From contig CAWKKR010000001.1 in NCBI GenBank assembly GCA_963850305.1, positions 160,001 to 224,000 of the forward strand: a stretch of DNA of 64,000 bases, read 5' to 3'. This DNA comes from an uncultured delta proteobacterium (GTDB lineage Bacteria > Myxococcota_A > Polyangia > Polyangiales > Polyangiaceae). The notes under the pieces were generated by a model, which saw only the letters and a program-made list of their open reading frames with translations, did not search any database and was not told where the DNA came from. Position 1 is the stretch's first letter, and each line of letters starts with the position of its first letter. The position numbers and the translations under genes were made by a program. Positions 33,906 through 42,922 of this stretch are shown here, in pieces.

Positions 33906-34880
33906 TCAGCTCCGCGCGGCCTGGAGAATCGCCGGCACGATCCGGTGCGAGAGCGGCAAATATTCGAGTTCGAGCGTATATGGGAAGGGGGTATCGAAGC
34001 CGGTCACGCGAATGGGCGCCGACTCGAGGTGGTAGAAAGCCTTCTCGCAGACGAGGGAGACGAGCTCCGCCCCGAGCCCGCAGGTGCGCGGCGCCTCGTG
34101 AACGACGACCAGCCGCCCCGTCTTTCGAACGCTCGAAAGGATCGTCTCGATGTCGACGGGCCACAGGGTGCGCAGATCGATGACTTCCGCTTCGACCCCG
34201 GTTTCCGCGGCCTTCGTGGCGGCGTCGAGCGCCTCGTAGAGCATCGCACCGTACGCGAGCACGGTGACCTGCGAGCCTTCGCGCGCGATCGACGCCGACC
34301 CGATGGGCACGGTGAAGTCGTCCTCCGGTACGAGGCCTTTCGCGGCGCGATAGATGCGCTTCGGTTCGAAGAAGATGATTGGATCGGGGTCGCGCAGCGC
34401 GGACAGGAGAAGCCCCTTCGCGTCGTACGGGTTCGAAGGGCATACGACCTTCAACCCCGGCACGTGTATGAACGACGCTTCCGGATGCTGCGAATGATAA
34501 TGCCCTCCCTTGATCCCGCCGCCGACTGGCGTGCGGATCACCATCTTCGCGGGATACTCACCGCCCGAGCGGTACCGAAGCTTGGCCAGCTCGTTCACGA
34601 TCTGGTCGTAGGCGGGCCAGATGAAATCCGAAAACTGGATCTCGGGCACGGGGAGCAAACCATAGAGCGCCATGCCTATTGCACAGCCGACGATCCCGCC
34701 CTCGCTCAGCGGGGTGTCGATCACGCGATCTTCCCCGAACTCGTCGAACAGACCCTGCGTGACACGGAAGACGCCGCCCACCCTGCCGACGTCCTCGCCG
34801 AGAACCACGATGCGGTCGTCGCGCCGCATCTCCAGCCGGAGCGCGTCGTTGATGGCCTGGACCATGTTCATCTGCGGCAT
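33906..34880 (-). CDS. 2-oxoacid dehydrogenase E1 beta subunit (branched-chain/pyruvate type)
   Basis: GEDVG..GGVFRVT, DTPLSE, EIQF and HYHSQ motifs. Confidence 0.96.
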   Translation of the reverse strand: MPQMNMVQAINDALRLEMRRDDRIVVLGEDVGRVGGVFRVTQGLFDEFGEDRVIDTPLSEGGIVGCAIGMALYGLLPVPEIQFSDFIWPAYDQIVNELAKLRYRSGGEYPAKMVIRTPVGGGIKGGHYHSQHPEASFIHVPGLKVVCPSNPYDAKGLLLSALRDPDPIIFFEPKRIYRAAKGLVPEDDFTVPIGSASIAREGSQVTVLAYGAMLYEALDAATKAAETGVEAEVIDLRTLWPVDIETILSSVRKTGRLVVVHEAPRTCGLGAELVSLVCEKAFYHLESAPIRVTGFDTPFPYTLELEYLPLSHRIVPAILQAARS

Positions 34881-34904
34881 AGGTTCGAATCTCCGGTCGT
34901 CACT

Positions 34905-36059
34905 TCAACCGTGCTCGGTCGCCCGAGGGCCCGAAATCAGCTCGTCACGTTCCTCCGCGAGGTGCCACGGCGGAACGGCGTACACGTCTTCGAACATCGT
35001 CTCGAGCGCGGGTTTGGGAGTCTTTTCTGCGATTTCCACGGCCGCCTTGAAGCGCTTCTCGATGTCGGAAATCATGGCGCGCTCCCGCTCGTCATCGAGA
35101 GCGCCTCGCTTCACGAGATACCGACGAACCCGCTCGATCGGATCGCGACTCGCCCAGGGCTCGAGGGCATCGGAGCCACGATATGCGTTCGGATCGTCGC
35201 TGGTCGAATGGCCGCCCATGCGATACGTCAGCGCCTCGATCAGGGTTGGGCCTTCGCCGCGAGCGCCGCGCAAGATCGCCTGTCTGACCGCGTGAACGAC
35301 GGCGAAGACGTCGTTTCCGTCGACACGGACGCTGGGAACGCCGTACGCGACGCCCTTGATCGCGAAAGTCTCGGACGCCGTCTGCCGCTCCGCAGGGACG
35401 CTGATCGCCCACCCGTTGTTCCGGCAGAAGAAGACGACCGGAATCTTGAACACGCCCGCAAAGTTCATCCCGGAATGAAAATCGGCGGAGCTCGTCGCGC
35501 CGTCCCCGAAGTAAACCAGGCTCGCGAGGTTCTTCTTCTTGAGCTTCCCGGCCCAGGCAAAACCGACGGCCTGGGTGATCTGCGTCCCGACGGGCGAACT
35601 GATCGAGAGCCAGTGGGATGCGCGACACGTGTAGTGGTCGGGCATCTGGCGACCTTTCACGGTGTCGTTCGCGTTCCCGAACATGTTGTCGATGAACCGC
35701 TGGAAATCCAGACCCCGGTAGAGCGCTGCTCCAAATTCCCGGTAGCAAGGGAACAACCAATCTTCCGGCCGCGTCGCGAACGCCGAGCCTATGATGGCCC
35801 CCTCTTCGCCGAGCGAGCCGACGTGGAACCCGATGCGGCCCTGGCGCTGGAGCGCCGTCAGACGCTCGTCGAGGTATCGCGTCTCCACCATGTGCCGGAA
35901 GAGCGTCCGCACGTCGTCGTCCGACAGACGAGGATCGAACTCCGGAGCTAGAGTGCCGTCCTCCGCGAGGACGCGGACGACACGAGCAGGACCGGATCCG
36001 ACTGCGGGATCCTGGGAGAGCGGCGAATCGATTCCGTCCATGCGTCGAGGCGTCCCCAT
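34905..36059 (-). CDS. 2-oxoacid dehydrogenase E1 alpha subunit (probably branched-chain type)
   Basis: QRQGRIGF, GRQMPDHY, TPP motif GDGATS...NN, and GHSTSDD. Confidence 0.95.
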   Translation of the reverse strand: MGTPRRMDGIDSPLSQDPAVGSGPARVVRVLAEDGTLAPEFDPRLSDDDVRTLFRHMVETRYLDERLTALQRQGRIGFHVGSLGEEGAIIGSAFATRPEDWLFPCYREFGAALYRGLDFQRFIDNMFGNANDTVKGRQMPDHYTCRASHWLSISSPVGTQITQAVGFAWAGKLKKKNLASLVYFGDGATSSADFHSGMNFAGVFKIPVVFFCRNNGWAISVPAERQTASETFAIKGVAYGVPSVRVDGNDVFAVVHAVRQAILRGARGEGPTLIEALTYRMGGHSTSDDPNAYRGSDALEPWASRDPIERVRRYLVKRGALDDERERAMISDIEKRFKAAVEIAEKTPKPALETMFEDVYAVPPWHLAEERDELISGPRATEHG

Positions 36060-36153
36060 GAATGGGTGCGCGAGCCTACCTCAGCGTTCCGGATCCGGCG
36101 ATAAATCTCCGGCAATTCCTGCCCATGCGCCCGGCGACTGCCGGGAGGACCGG

Positions 36154-36726
36154 TCACTCCGCGAGCGCGCGCTCCGCCTCCGCGATGGCGCGATCCACCG
36201 CGCTGCCATCGAGCCTAAATTCGGTTGCCAGGCCGTCCAGCACGCCCCGTTCCACCTCGCTCACTCCCTGCGATACCTGGGCAATGAGTGCCGCGACGCG
36301 TAGGACCTCGTGCGCCTGTTCGGGCCGGGTAATCGTCTTCGCAACCATCCGGACCCTCTTTTCGGGTCCGTCTTCCTGCCGCAAATCGCCGAGGTCGGCG
36401 AGAAGCGCCTGGAGCTGGACCGCCGAGACATTGCCGTCGCAGGCGGCCAGTACGACGTGCTCGAATGCTGCACGTTCGTCCGCATCGAACTCCCCGTCGG
36501 CGGTGGCGACCAGATATGCGCTCTCCACGACTGCCTCGAACAACGCCGCCGCGTGGGGATCGAAGCCCGTCGGCTGCGTGAGTTCCTCATGCGTGTCGGT
36601 GGCCCGATAGCCGGCTCCCGCGGCCGCCAAGATCGACGCCACGGAGCCCTCGGCGAGCGCGACGGGCTGCCGCAGCTTGCGAGCGACCTTGTCGAGAATA
36701 TCTCGCGGGGGAATGGTGTCGACCAT
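36154..36726 (-). CDS. TerB-family protein
   Basis: VATADGEFDADE and GVSEVERGVL motifs. Confidence 0.75.
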   Translation of the reverse strand: MVDTIPPRDILDKVARKLRQPVALAEGSVASILAAAGAGYRATDTHEELTQPTGFDPHAAALFEAVVESAYLVATADGEFDADERAAFEHVVLAACDGNVSAVQLQALLADLGDLRQEDGPEKRVRMVAKTITRPEQAHEVLRVAALIAQVSQGVSEVERGVLDGLATEFRLDGSAVDRAIAEAERALAE

Positions 36727-36749
36727 CTGAGAAACCGGCGGGAATCATA

Positions 36750-37733
36750 TCAGAGTCCGCGGCCGCGGACGAGCGACGCGGGACTGATGAGCCGCGGTTC
36801 ACTGGGCGCCGACCGGGACGGGGGGGCCGCGCTCGCCCCCCGTTCGCCGGACCCGCCGCGCACACGAGCGGCAATGAACCCCTCGGCGGCGTGGTAACTC
36901 GACCGGACCAGCGGGCCAGATGCAACGAATGAAAAACCCATCTCCATCCCGGCCTGCTCGTAGGCGGAAAACCTCGCCGGCTCGACGAAGCGCGCGACGG
37001 GGGCGTGCTTCGGCGTCGGGCGCAGATATTGCCCGAGCGTGACAACGTCCACGGAGGCCTCGCGGAGGTCGCGCAGGGTCTCGACCACCTCGTCGTCCGT
37101 TTCTCCGACGCCGACCATGATGGAGCTCTTGGTGAGCCGTTCGGGCGCGCGCTCCTTCACGTGACGGAGCACATCGAGCGAGCGATCGTACGAGCATCGC
37201 GCATCGCGAATGACCGGAGTCAGGCGCCTCGGAACCTCGACGTTGTGCGCGAACACTTCCGGCCCGCCCTCCACCACGACATCCACGTCCCTGTGACGTC
37301 CTGCAAAATCGCCGACCAGGGTTTCGACGAGCAGCTCCGGCTTCCGTTCGCGGAGGGCCGTCACCGTTCGCGCGACGTGCGCGGCTCCACCGTCGAGCAA
37401 ATCGTCGCGATCGACCATCGTGAGCACGACGTAGCGCAAGTCCAGCGACGCGATCGCGCGCGCCACGTGCTCGGGCTCTCGCGGATCGACCGCGCCGCGC
37501 GGATTGCCGGTCGTGACCGCGCAAAACCGACACCCGCGCGTGCACGTGTGCCCGAGCAGCATCACCGTCGCCGTGCCCGACGACCAGCACTCTGCGACGT
37601 TCGGACAGCGCGCCTCTTCACACACCGTGTAGAGATCGAGCCCGCGCAGGGTCTCCTTGAGCTTCGTGTACGCTGCGCCGCCGGGCGCGCGCACCTTGAG
37701 CCACTCGGGCTTCCTCGGTTGAACCGTCGTCAC
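36750..37733 (-). CDS. lipA: Lipoyl synthase; start uncertain (ORF open to 37778)
   Basis: RKPEWLK, CEEARCPNVAEC, CTRGCRFC, GQYLRP and RSSY motifs. Confidence 0.98.
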   Translation of the reverse strand: MTTVQPRKPEWLKVRAPGGAAYTKLKETLRGLDLYTVCEEARCPNVAECWSSGTATVMLLGHTCTRGCRFCAVTTGNPRGAVDPREPEHVARAIASLDLRYVVLTMVDRDDLLDGGAAHVARTVTALRERKPELLVETLVGDFAGRHRDVDVVVEGGPEVFAHNVEVPRRLTPVIRDARCSYDRSLDVLRHVKERAPERLTKSSIMVGVGETDDEVVETLRDLREASVDVVTLGQYLRPTPKHAPVARFVEPARFSAYEQAGMEMGFSFVASGPLVRSSYHAAEGFIAARVRGGSGERGASAAPPSRSAPSEPRLISPASLVRGRGL

Positions 37734-37743
37734 GCGGGCTACT

Positions 37744-38790
37744 CTACGACGCGACGGGCGAAAGAGCCGAGAGCGCATTCGCGGACACTGGCTCGACCAC
37801 GCCGCGCTCGGTGAAAATGGCCGTAACGAGCCGAGCCGGGGTGACGTCGAAGGACGGATTTCGGGCCGTGACCCCGGCCGGCACGAGCTGCCGGTCGCCG
37901 AAGTGAGTCAGCTCGCGCGAATCGCGTTCCTCGATGACAACCCGTTCGCCCGATGGGCAGCGGAGGTCGACCGTCGACCACGGAGCTGCCACGTACAGCG
38001 GGCGGGCGTGCATATGAGAAAGACACGCGACTCCGTACGTGCCGATCTTGTTGACCACGTCCCCGTTCGCTGCAATCCGATCCGCCCCGACGACGGCCAA
38101 GGATATCTCGCCACGTCGAAAGAAGTGCCCGGCGGCGCCGTCCGCGATCACCTCGACCGGTATGTCCAGCTTGTGCAACTCCCACGCCGTGAGGCGGGCG
38201 CCCTGGAGGTACGGTCGCGTCTCGTCCGCCAGGACCCGGATGCGCTTGCCGGCCTCGTGCGCTGCCCGGATCACGCCGAGCGCGGTGCCGTAGCCACCGG
38301 TGGCGAGCCCGCCGGCGTTGCAATGCGTCAGGATGACCGCACCGTCCGGAACTCGCGTCGCGCCGGATCTGCCCATCTCGCGGCACGCCTCGACGTCCTC
38401 GCGATGGAGGGTTCGCGCCTCGGCGGCCAGGAACTCCGTGACATCGCTCTTCGGCACCGACCGCGCGGCCCGAAGCATGCGCTCCACGGCCCACTCGAGG
38501 TTGACCGCGGTGGGCCTCGTCGCACGGAGCAGCGCCCCGGCTCTGTCGAGGTCCGCGCCGCGACGTGAGGCGAGCACCAACCCATAAGCCGCGCTGATGC
38601 CAATCGCAGGAGCGCCGCGCACGATCATGTCGCGAATGCCGCGCGCGACGTCGTCCACGGTCTCGAGCCTGTGATAGCGCTCGAGCAAGGGGAGCTCGCG
38701 CTGGTCGAGCATCACGACAGCGTCGTTGGCCGGCAAGAGCTCGACGGCCGAATAGTTCGCGCAGCTCAGCGGATCGGGATGCGGGAGCAT
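37744..38790 (-). CDS. mtnA: S-methyl-5-thioribose-1-phosphate isomerase
   Basis: [40 protein letters not shown] and NKIGT motifs. Confidence 0.97.
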   Translation of the reverse strand: MLPHPDPLSCANYSAVELLPANDAVVMLDQRELPLLERYHRLETVDDVARGIRDMIVRGAPAIGISAAYGLVLASRRGADLDRAGALLRATRPTAVNLEWAVERMLRAARSVPKSDVTEFLAAEARTLHREDVEACREMGRSGATRVPDGAVILTHCNAGGLATGGYGTALGVIRAAHEAGKRIRVLADETRPYLQGARLTAWELHKLDIPVEVIADGAAGHFFRRGEISLAVVGADRIAANGDVVNKIGTYGVACLSHMHARPLYVAAPWSTVDLRCPSGERVVIEERDSRELTHFGDRQLVPAGVTARNPSFDVTPARLVTAIFTERGVVEPVSANALSALSPVAS

Positions 38791-38830
38791 GGTCTCCGTA
38801 CAGCCCGGCGATCCGGGCCGCTCTGATCGC

Positions 38831-40267
38831 TCAGGACTCCGAGGTCTGAAGGATATGCTCCATCATCTCGCTGACCAATTTGGGATTCGCGGAACCCTTG
38901 GTGGCCTTCATCGCCTGACCGACGAAGTAACCGAGCAGCCCCTTTTTCCCGCTCGATACTCGGCGGCCTGCCGCGCGTTGGCCGCGACGATACCCTCGCA
39001 GATCGGGCGAAGCGCGCCTTCGTCCGAAACGACACGCATCCCGAGGCGTTCGACGATCGCGCTCGGCATGTCGGGCTTGCCGACCATGATCGCGTGGATC
39101 TCCTTCGCCTGCTTGCCGCTGATCGCGCCCCTCTCGACCAGCGACAGGAGTTCCGCGACTTGCGAGGGCGACACCGGAAACGTCACCACGAGACCGTGCA
39201 CCTTCGTGTCGCGCAGGACCTCCGTTTGGATCCAGTTTGCCGCCTTCACGGCATGCGGAAAAGCCGCCACGGTGTCCTCGAAGAAACGAACGTATGCGGG
39301 GTGCTGCGTCAGCGTAGCGGCCGTCGCGGCGGGGAGCCCGCGCTCGGTCGTCCACGCGCGGCGAAGCTCCGACGGCAGCGCCGGCATCGCACTTCGTTCT
39401 TCGGCGACGAGCGCTGACGGAATGACGAGCGGGGGCAGGTCGGGGTCGGGGAAATATCGATAGTCGTGCGCGTCCTCCTTCGACCGGAGGGGGCTCGTCT
39501 TTCCCGTCTGCGGATCGAAACTGCGGGTCTCCTGGACGATGCGGCCCCCCGAATCCAGGACGGCCGTCTGCCGCGCCACCTCCACGTCGATGGCCTTCTG
39601 CACGAAGCGGAAGCTGTTCAGGTTCTTGAGCTCGGTTCGGGTACCGAGTTCGCTGCTCCGGGCGGGTCTTATCGACACGTTGGCGTCGCAGCGAAAACTC
39701 CCTTCCTCCAGATTTCCGTCGTTGACGCCGGCGAAGACGAGGATGTCCCGGAGGGCTCGCAGGTACGCAGCTGCCTCCTCGCTCGAACGCAGATCCGGCT
39801 CGCTGACGATCTCGACGAGGGGCACGCCCGCGCGGTTCAAGTCGACGATCGAGTCTCCCCCGACGCCGTGGACGCTCTTGCCTGCGTCCTCCTCTATGTG
39901 CGCGCGCCGAATGCGTACACGTCGCTTCTCGCCGTCGAACTCGACGTCCAGATGTCCATTTTCCGGAAAATGGTTCCTCGAACTGCGAGATCTGATAACC
40001 CTTGGGTAAATCCGGGTAGAAGTACTGCTTCCTCGCGAAGATGCTCCGCTCGGACACGGCGCATCCGAGCGCGAGTGCCACGCGAACCGCGAGGCGTACC
40101 GCCGTCTCGTTCGTCGCGGGGAGCGCGCCGGGAAGCCCGAGACACGTCGGACAAATATTCGTGTTTGCGTCCCCGCCGAAACGGGCGCTACAGCCACAGA
40201 ACAGCTTGGTCGTGGTCAGAAGCTGCGCGTGCACCTCGAGCCCGATGACCGTCTCGTACGTAGTCAC
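38831..40267 (-). CDS. gatB: Asp/Glu-tRNA amidotransferase subunit B with two compensating frameshifts (~39964 and ~38945)
   Basis: The N-terminus ([23 protein letters not shown]) and C-terminus ([15 protein letters not shown]) are in ORF 38831..40267. The conserved middle ([37 protein letters not shown]) is in ORF 38908..40197. Confidence 0.95.
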   Translation of the reverse strand: MTTYETVIGLEVHAQLLTTTKLFCGCSARFGGDANTNICPTCLGLPGALPATNETAVRLAVRVALALGCAVSERSIFARKQYFYPDLPKGYQISQFEEPFSGKWTSGRRVRRREATCTHSARAHRGGRRQERPRRRGRLDRRLEPRGRAPRRDRQRAGSAFERGGSCVPASPPGHPRLRRRQRRKSGGREFSLRRQRVDKTRPEQRTRYPNRAQEPEQLPLRAEGHRRGGGAADGRPGFGGPHRPGDPQFRSADGKDEPPPVEGGRARLSIFPRPRPAPARHSVSARRRRTKCDAGAAVGASPRVDDRARAPRRDGRYADAAPRIRSFLRGHRGGFSACREGGKLDPNGGPARHEGARSRGDVSGVALASRGTPVAGREGRDQRQAGEGDPRDHGRQARHAERDRRTPRDACRFGRRRASPDLRGYRRGQRAAGRRVSSGKKGLLGYFVGQAMKATKGSANPKLVSEMMEHILQTSES

Positions 40268-40321
40268 AGGCTCATCCTATCATCCCCCGCGATCCTCCAC
40301 TCAGCGCCATGCCTCTACAAG

Positions 40322-40449
40322 GATCGATGGCTCGATTGCGAAGACCGCGTCGCCCGGATCGGCGAGTGAGCCCCGCAGCCGTACGAACGTACGGCGAGGA
40401 GCGAGAGCGCCGAGACGGGGGCGTGCTCGAAGCAAGCGAGCCATCGATC
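40322..40449. repeat. 128-nt nested palindromic intergenic element (REP/MITE-like or structured RNA)
   Basis: Perfect 13-bp terminal inverted repeat GATCGATGGCTCG/CGAGCCATCGATC, internal arms TCGGCG/CGCCGA, apical hairpin GCCGTACG-AA-CGTACGGC (40378-40395). Confidence 0.7.
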
Positions 40450-41098
40450 AATGGTGATCGCGATCGATGCCTGGGTAAGACCGGTCGCCCGGCTCGTGAC
40501 GCGGATTCGCCGAGACCTGCGACCCGTCTCTCCCGGCAAAGCTCATGAGCAGATCCTTCTCGAAGATGAATTGCTCACGCGAATCGTAGGGCGCGGCGTG
40601 AACGCCGGTGTCCATGCGGATCGCGTCACAGGGACACGCCTCCACACAGAACCCGCAGAACACGCAGCGGAGCTCGTCGATCACGAACCGCACCGGGTAA
40701 CGCTCGTAACCTCTCCGTTCATCGCCGGCCGGATATTCACCGGGCTCGATGAAGATGCATTGCGCGGGACACGCCGTCGAACAGCAGAGACACGCGACGC
40801 ATCGAGGTGAGCCGTCCTCGCGATGCGTCAACCGGTGGACGCCGCGGAACCGCTCCGGATACGGGCGACGTTGCTCCGGGTAGGAGATGGTGTTGATGCC
40901 GTCGCTGATGCCATCGAGCACCGGGTCGTTGCGCTGACCGAGCACCATCTCCTTCGCATTCCGAAAGAAGTGCGACATCGTGATGCCGAGCCCGCGCGCG
41001 ATCTCGGGAACGTAGCTCTGAACCCCCGGTCCGCGCTTGGGACGCAGAATGGGTTTCCCGACGACTCTCTTCGGTCCCAAAGCCTTGGCTTCACTCAT
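40448..41098 (-). CDS. nuoI: NADH-quinone oxidoreductase subunit I
   Basis: TISYPE, RFRG.H, CVACLCCSTACP and CVFCGFCVEACP motifs. Confidence 0.95.
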   Translation of the reverse strand: MSEAKALGPKRVVGKPILRPKRGPGVQSYVPEIARGLGITMSHFFRNAKEMVLGQRNDPVLDGISDGINTISYPEQRRPYPERFRGVHRLTHREDGSPRCVACLCCSTACPAQCIFIEPGEYPAGDERRGYERYPVRFVIDELRCVFCGFCVEACPCDAIRMDTGVHAAPYDSREQFIFEKDLLMSFAGRDGSQVSANPRHEPGDRSYPGIDRDHH

Positions 41099-41110
41099 CG
41101 CAAGATTCCT

Positions 41111-42922
41111 TCACGCGGACATTCGGGCGGTGCGTGTCCCGCCGGCCATTGCGGCAAACTTGGCCGAGGTGCTGGAGAGCACGCGACGGTGCTCGGCGGG
41201 TGCGAGCAGGAAGCGGACGAACCCGAAAGTCACCACGACCCCGAGCACCGCGACGATCAACTGCGTCACATCCGACACGACGCCGAGACCGGCCATGACG
41301 GACGGACCCGCCGCCTGGATCGCCAGGATGGCCAGCCCCGTCACCATGACGTTCGCGAGGGACGCAGGCAACAGCACACGCCAGCCGAGCCGCATCAGCT
41401 GGTCGTATCGGAACCGTGGGAGCGTCCACCGAATCGTCAACTGGATCATGCAGAGGGCGACCGTCTTCACCACGAACCCGAAGAAGCCGATGAAGATCAC
41501 GAAGCCCTGGGTCAAGGGTTGCGACGCGAATACGTGGTCGCCAATGGCGATGTGAAGTCCGCCCCGATCGATGAACGGCAGGTGCCAGCCGCCGAAGAAG
41601 ATCGCCGCCATCAGCGCGCTCGAGGTCACCACGGCGATGTATTCGGCGAAGAAAAACATCGCGAACTTCATGCCCGAGTATTCCGTGAAGTAGCCAGCCA
41701 CGAGCTCGCTCTCGCCTTCGGGAAGGTCGAACGGAATCCGCTTCGACTCCGCGACGGACGCCGCGAAAAACAGGATGAAGCCGAGCGGTTGTACGAAGAC
41801 GCCCCACGTGTTCGCCGCTTGCCACCGCACCATTTCGTCGATGCGGAGAGTGCCGTACGTCATCACGGCGCCGACCATCGTCAACCCCAGGGTCACTTCA
41901 TACGAGACCATCTGGCTGGCGGCGCGAAGACCTCCGAGCAGGCTGAACTTGTTGTCGCTCGACCAGCCGGCGAGCGCGGCTCCGACGATGCCGGTCCCGG
42001 CGAGGGCGAAGAAATAGAGCAACCCGATGTTCAAGTTCGCAACCTGAAGCCCGACGGCGTGGTCCGGGCAGATGCCCTCGCGAGGAACCAGCGGCAGCAG
42101 GTGCCGCGGATCGAGACGCCCTGCTTTGATGAGCATCAGCGGGCCGAGCTTCACGTCGGTGGGGGCCTCGGCGAAGCAGAGTGTGTCGCCGAACGGGACC
42201 GTGCCCAGGACGACCAGCGCCGGAAAGAACGAAATGATCGGCGCAATGCTGTGAAGGAACCGGTCTGCATTCGGAGGAATGAAGTCCTCCTTGAAGGCGG
42301 TCTTCAACCCATCGGCGGCGGGGTGAAGCAAGCCGAGCAGACGAATACCGACGCGGTCATCCCGCATCTGGACCACGCCGTAGGCGGCGCTTGCAAAGAT
42401 GAGCACCGCGAGCAGCGCGGCTCCGCCGCGATACATCACCTCTCGCACCACCGTGCCGCCGCTCGAATCTCCGAGGAGGCTGACGAGCAGCAGCAGGCCC
42501 ACATGCGCGACGAGGCCGGCGTAGAAGAAGACCCGAGGATCCCCGACGGACCGGATGAAACGGTCGAAACTGCTCCTCACTCCGCGCCGCTGGACCGCCC
42601 CCGCGATGACGATCGCCGCGAACCAGCTCATGAAGATCGCGCCCTGTCCGAACAGCATCGCGTCGCCAGAGTTCGTGTCGTCTTGCTTGTTCGCGACCGT
42701 GAAGAGCACGATACCCGCCGCGATCACCACAGCAGGTAAGAACGCGAGCCCCTGGGCCACGCGCCGCGGCAACCAGATCACCGCGCGCTCGGGGCCCACG
42801 CGATCCTGGAGCAAAGCGCCGTAGCGCCGGTCGGCCCACGTGAGCAGAACGGCCACGTTCATCGCGAACATGACGACGAAGAACGCCTTCGCGAACATGA
42901 AGAGGTATTCGATACCGCTCAC
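41111..42922 (-). CDS. nuoH: NADH-quinone oxidoreductase subunit H, enlarged (603 aa)
   Basis: QDRVGP, ADGLK..KED, GWSSDNKFSLLGGLRAASQMVSYE, RIPFDLPEGESELVAG and RWTLPRFRYDQLM motifs; GTG start overlaps the nuoG stop. Confidence 0.93.
   Translation of the reverse strand: MSGIEYLFMFAKAFFVVMFAMNVAVLLTWADRRYGALLQDRVGPERAVIWLPRRVAQGLAFLPAVVIAAGIVLFTVANKQDDTNSGDAMLFGQGAIFMSWFAAIVIAGAVQRRGVRSSFDRFIRSVGDPRVFFYAGLVAHVGLLLLVSLLGDSSGGTVVREVMYRGGAALLAVLIFASAAYGVVQMRDDRVGIRLLGLLHPAADGLKTAFKEDFIPPNADRFLHSIAPIISFFPALVVLGTVPFGDTLCFAEAPTDVKLGPLMLIKAGRLDPRHLLPLVPREGICPDHAVGLQVANLNIGLLYFFALAGTGIVGAALAGWSSDNKFSLLGGLRAASQMVSYEVTLGLTMVGAVMTYGTLRIDEMVRWQAANTWGVFVQPLGFILFFAASVAESKRIPFDLPEGESELVAGYFTEYSGMKFAMFFFAEYIAVVTSSALMAAIFFGGWHLPFIDRGGLHIAIGDHVFASQPLTQGFVIFIGFFGFVVKTVALCMIQLTIRWTLPRFRYDQLMRLGWRVLLPASLANVMVTGLAILAIQAAGPSVMAGLGVVSDVTQLIVAVLGVVVTFGFVRFLLAPAEHRRVLSSTSAKFAAMAGGTRTARMSA

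Noticed and set aside
33870..35951. Long antisense or alternate-frame ORFs (e.g. 693 aa here, 40823..42739, 24411..25922, 60784..63585)
   Set aside because: They are shadows of real genes in high-GC DNA: Arg/Pro-rich or motif-less, and they overlap confident CDSs
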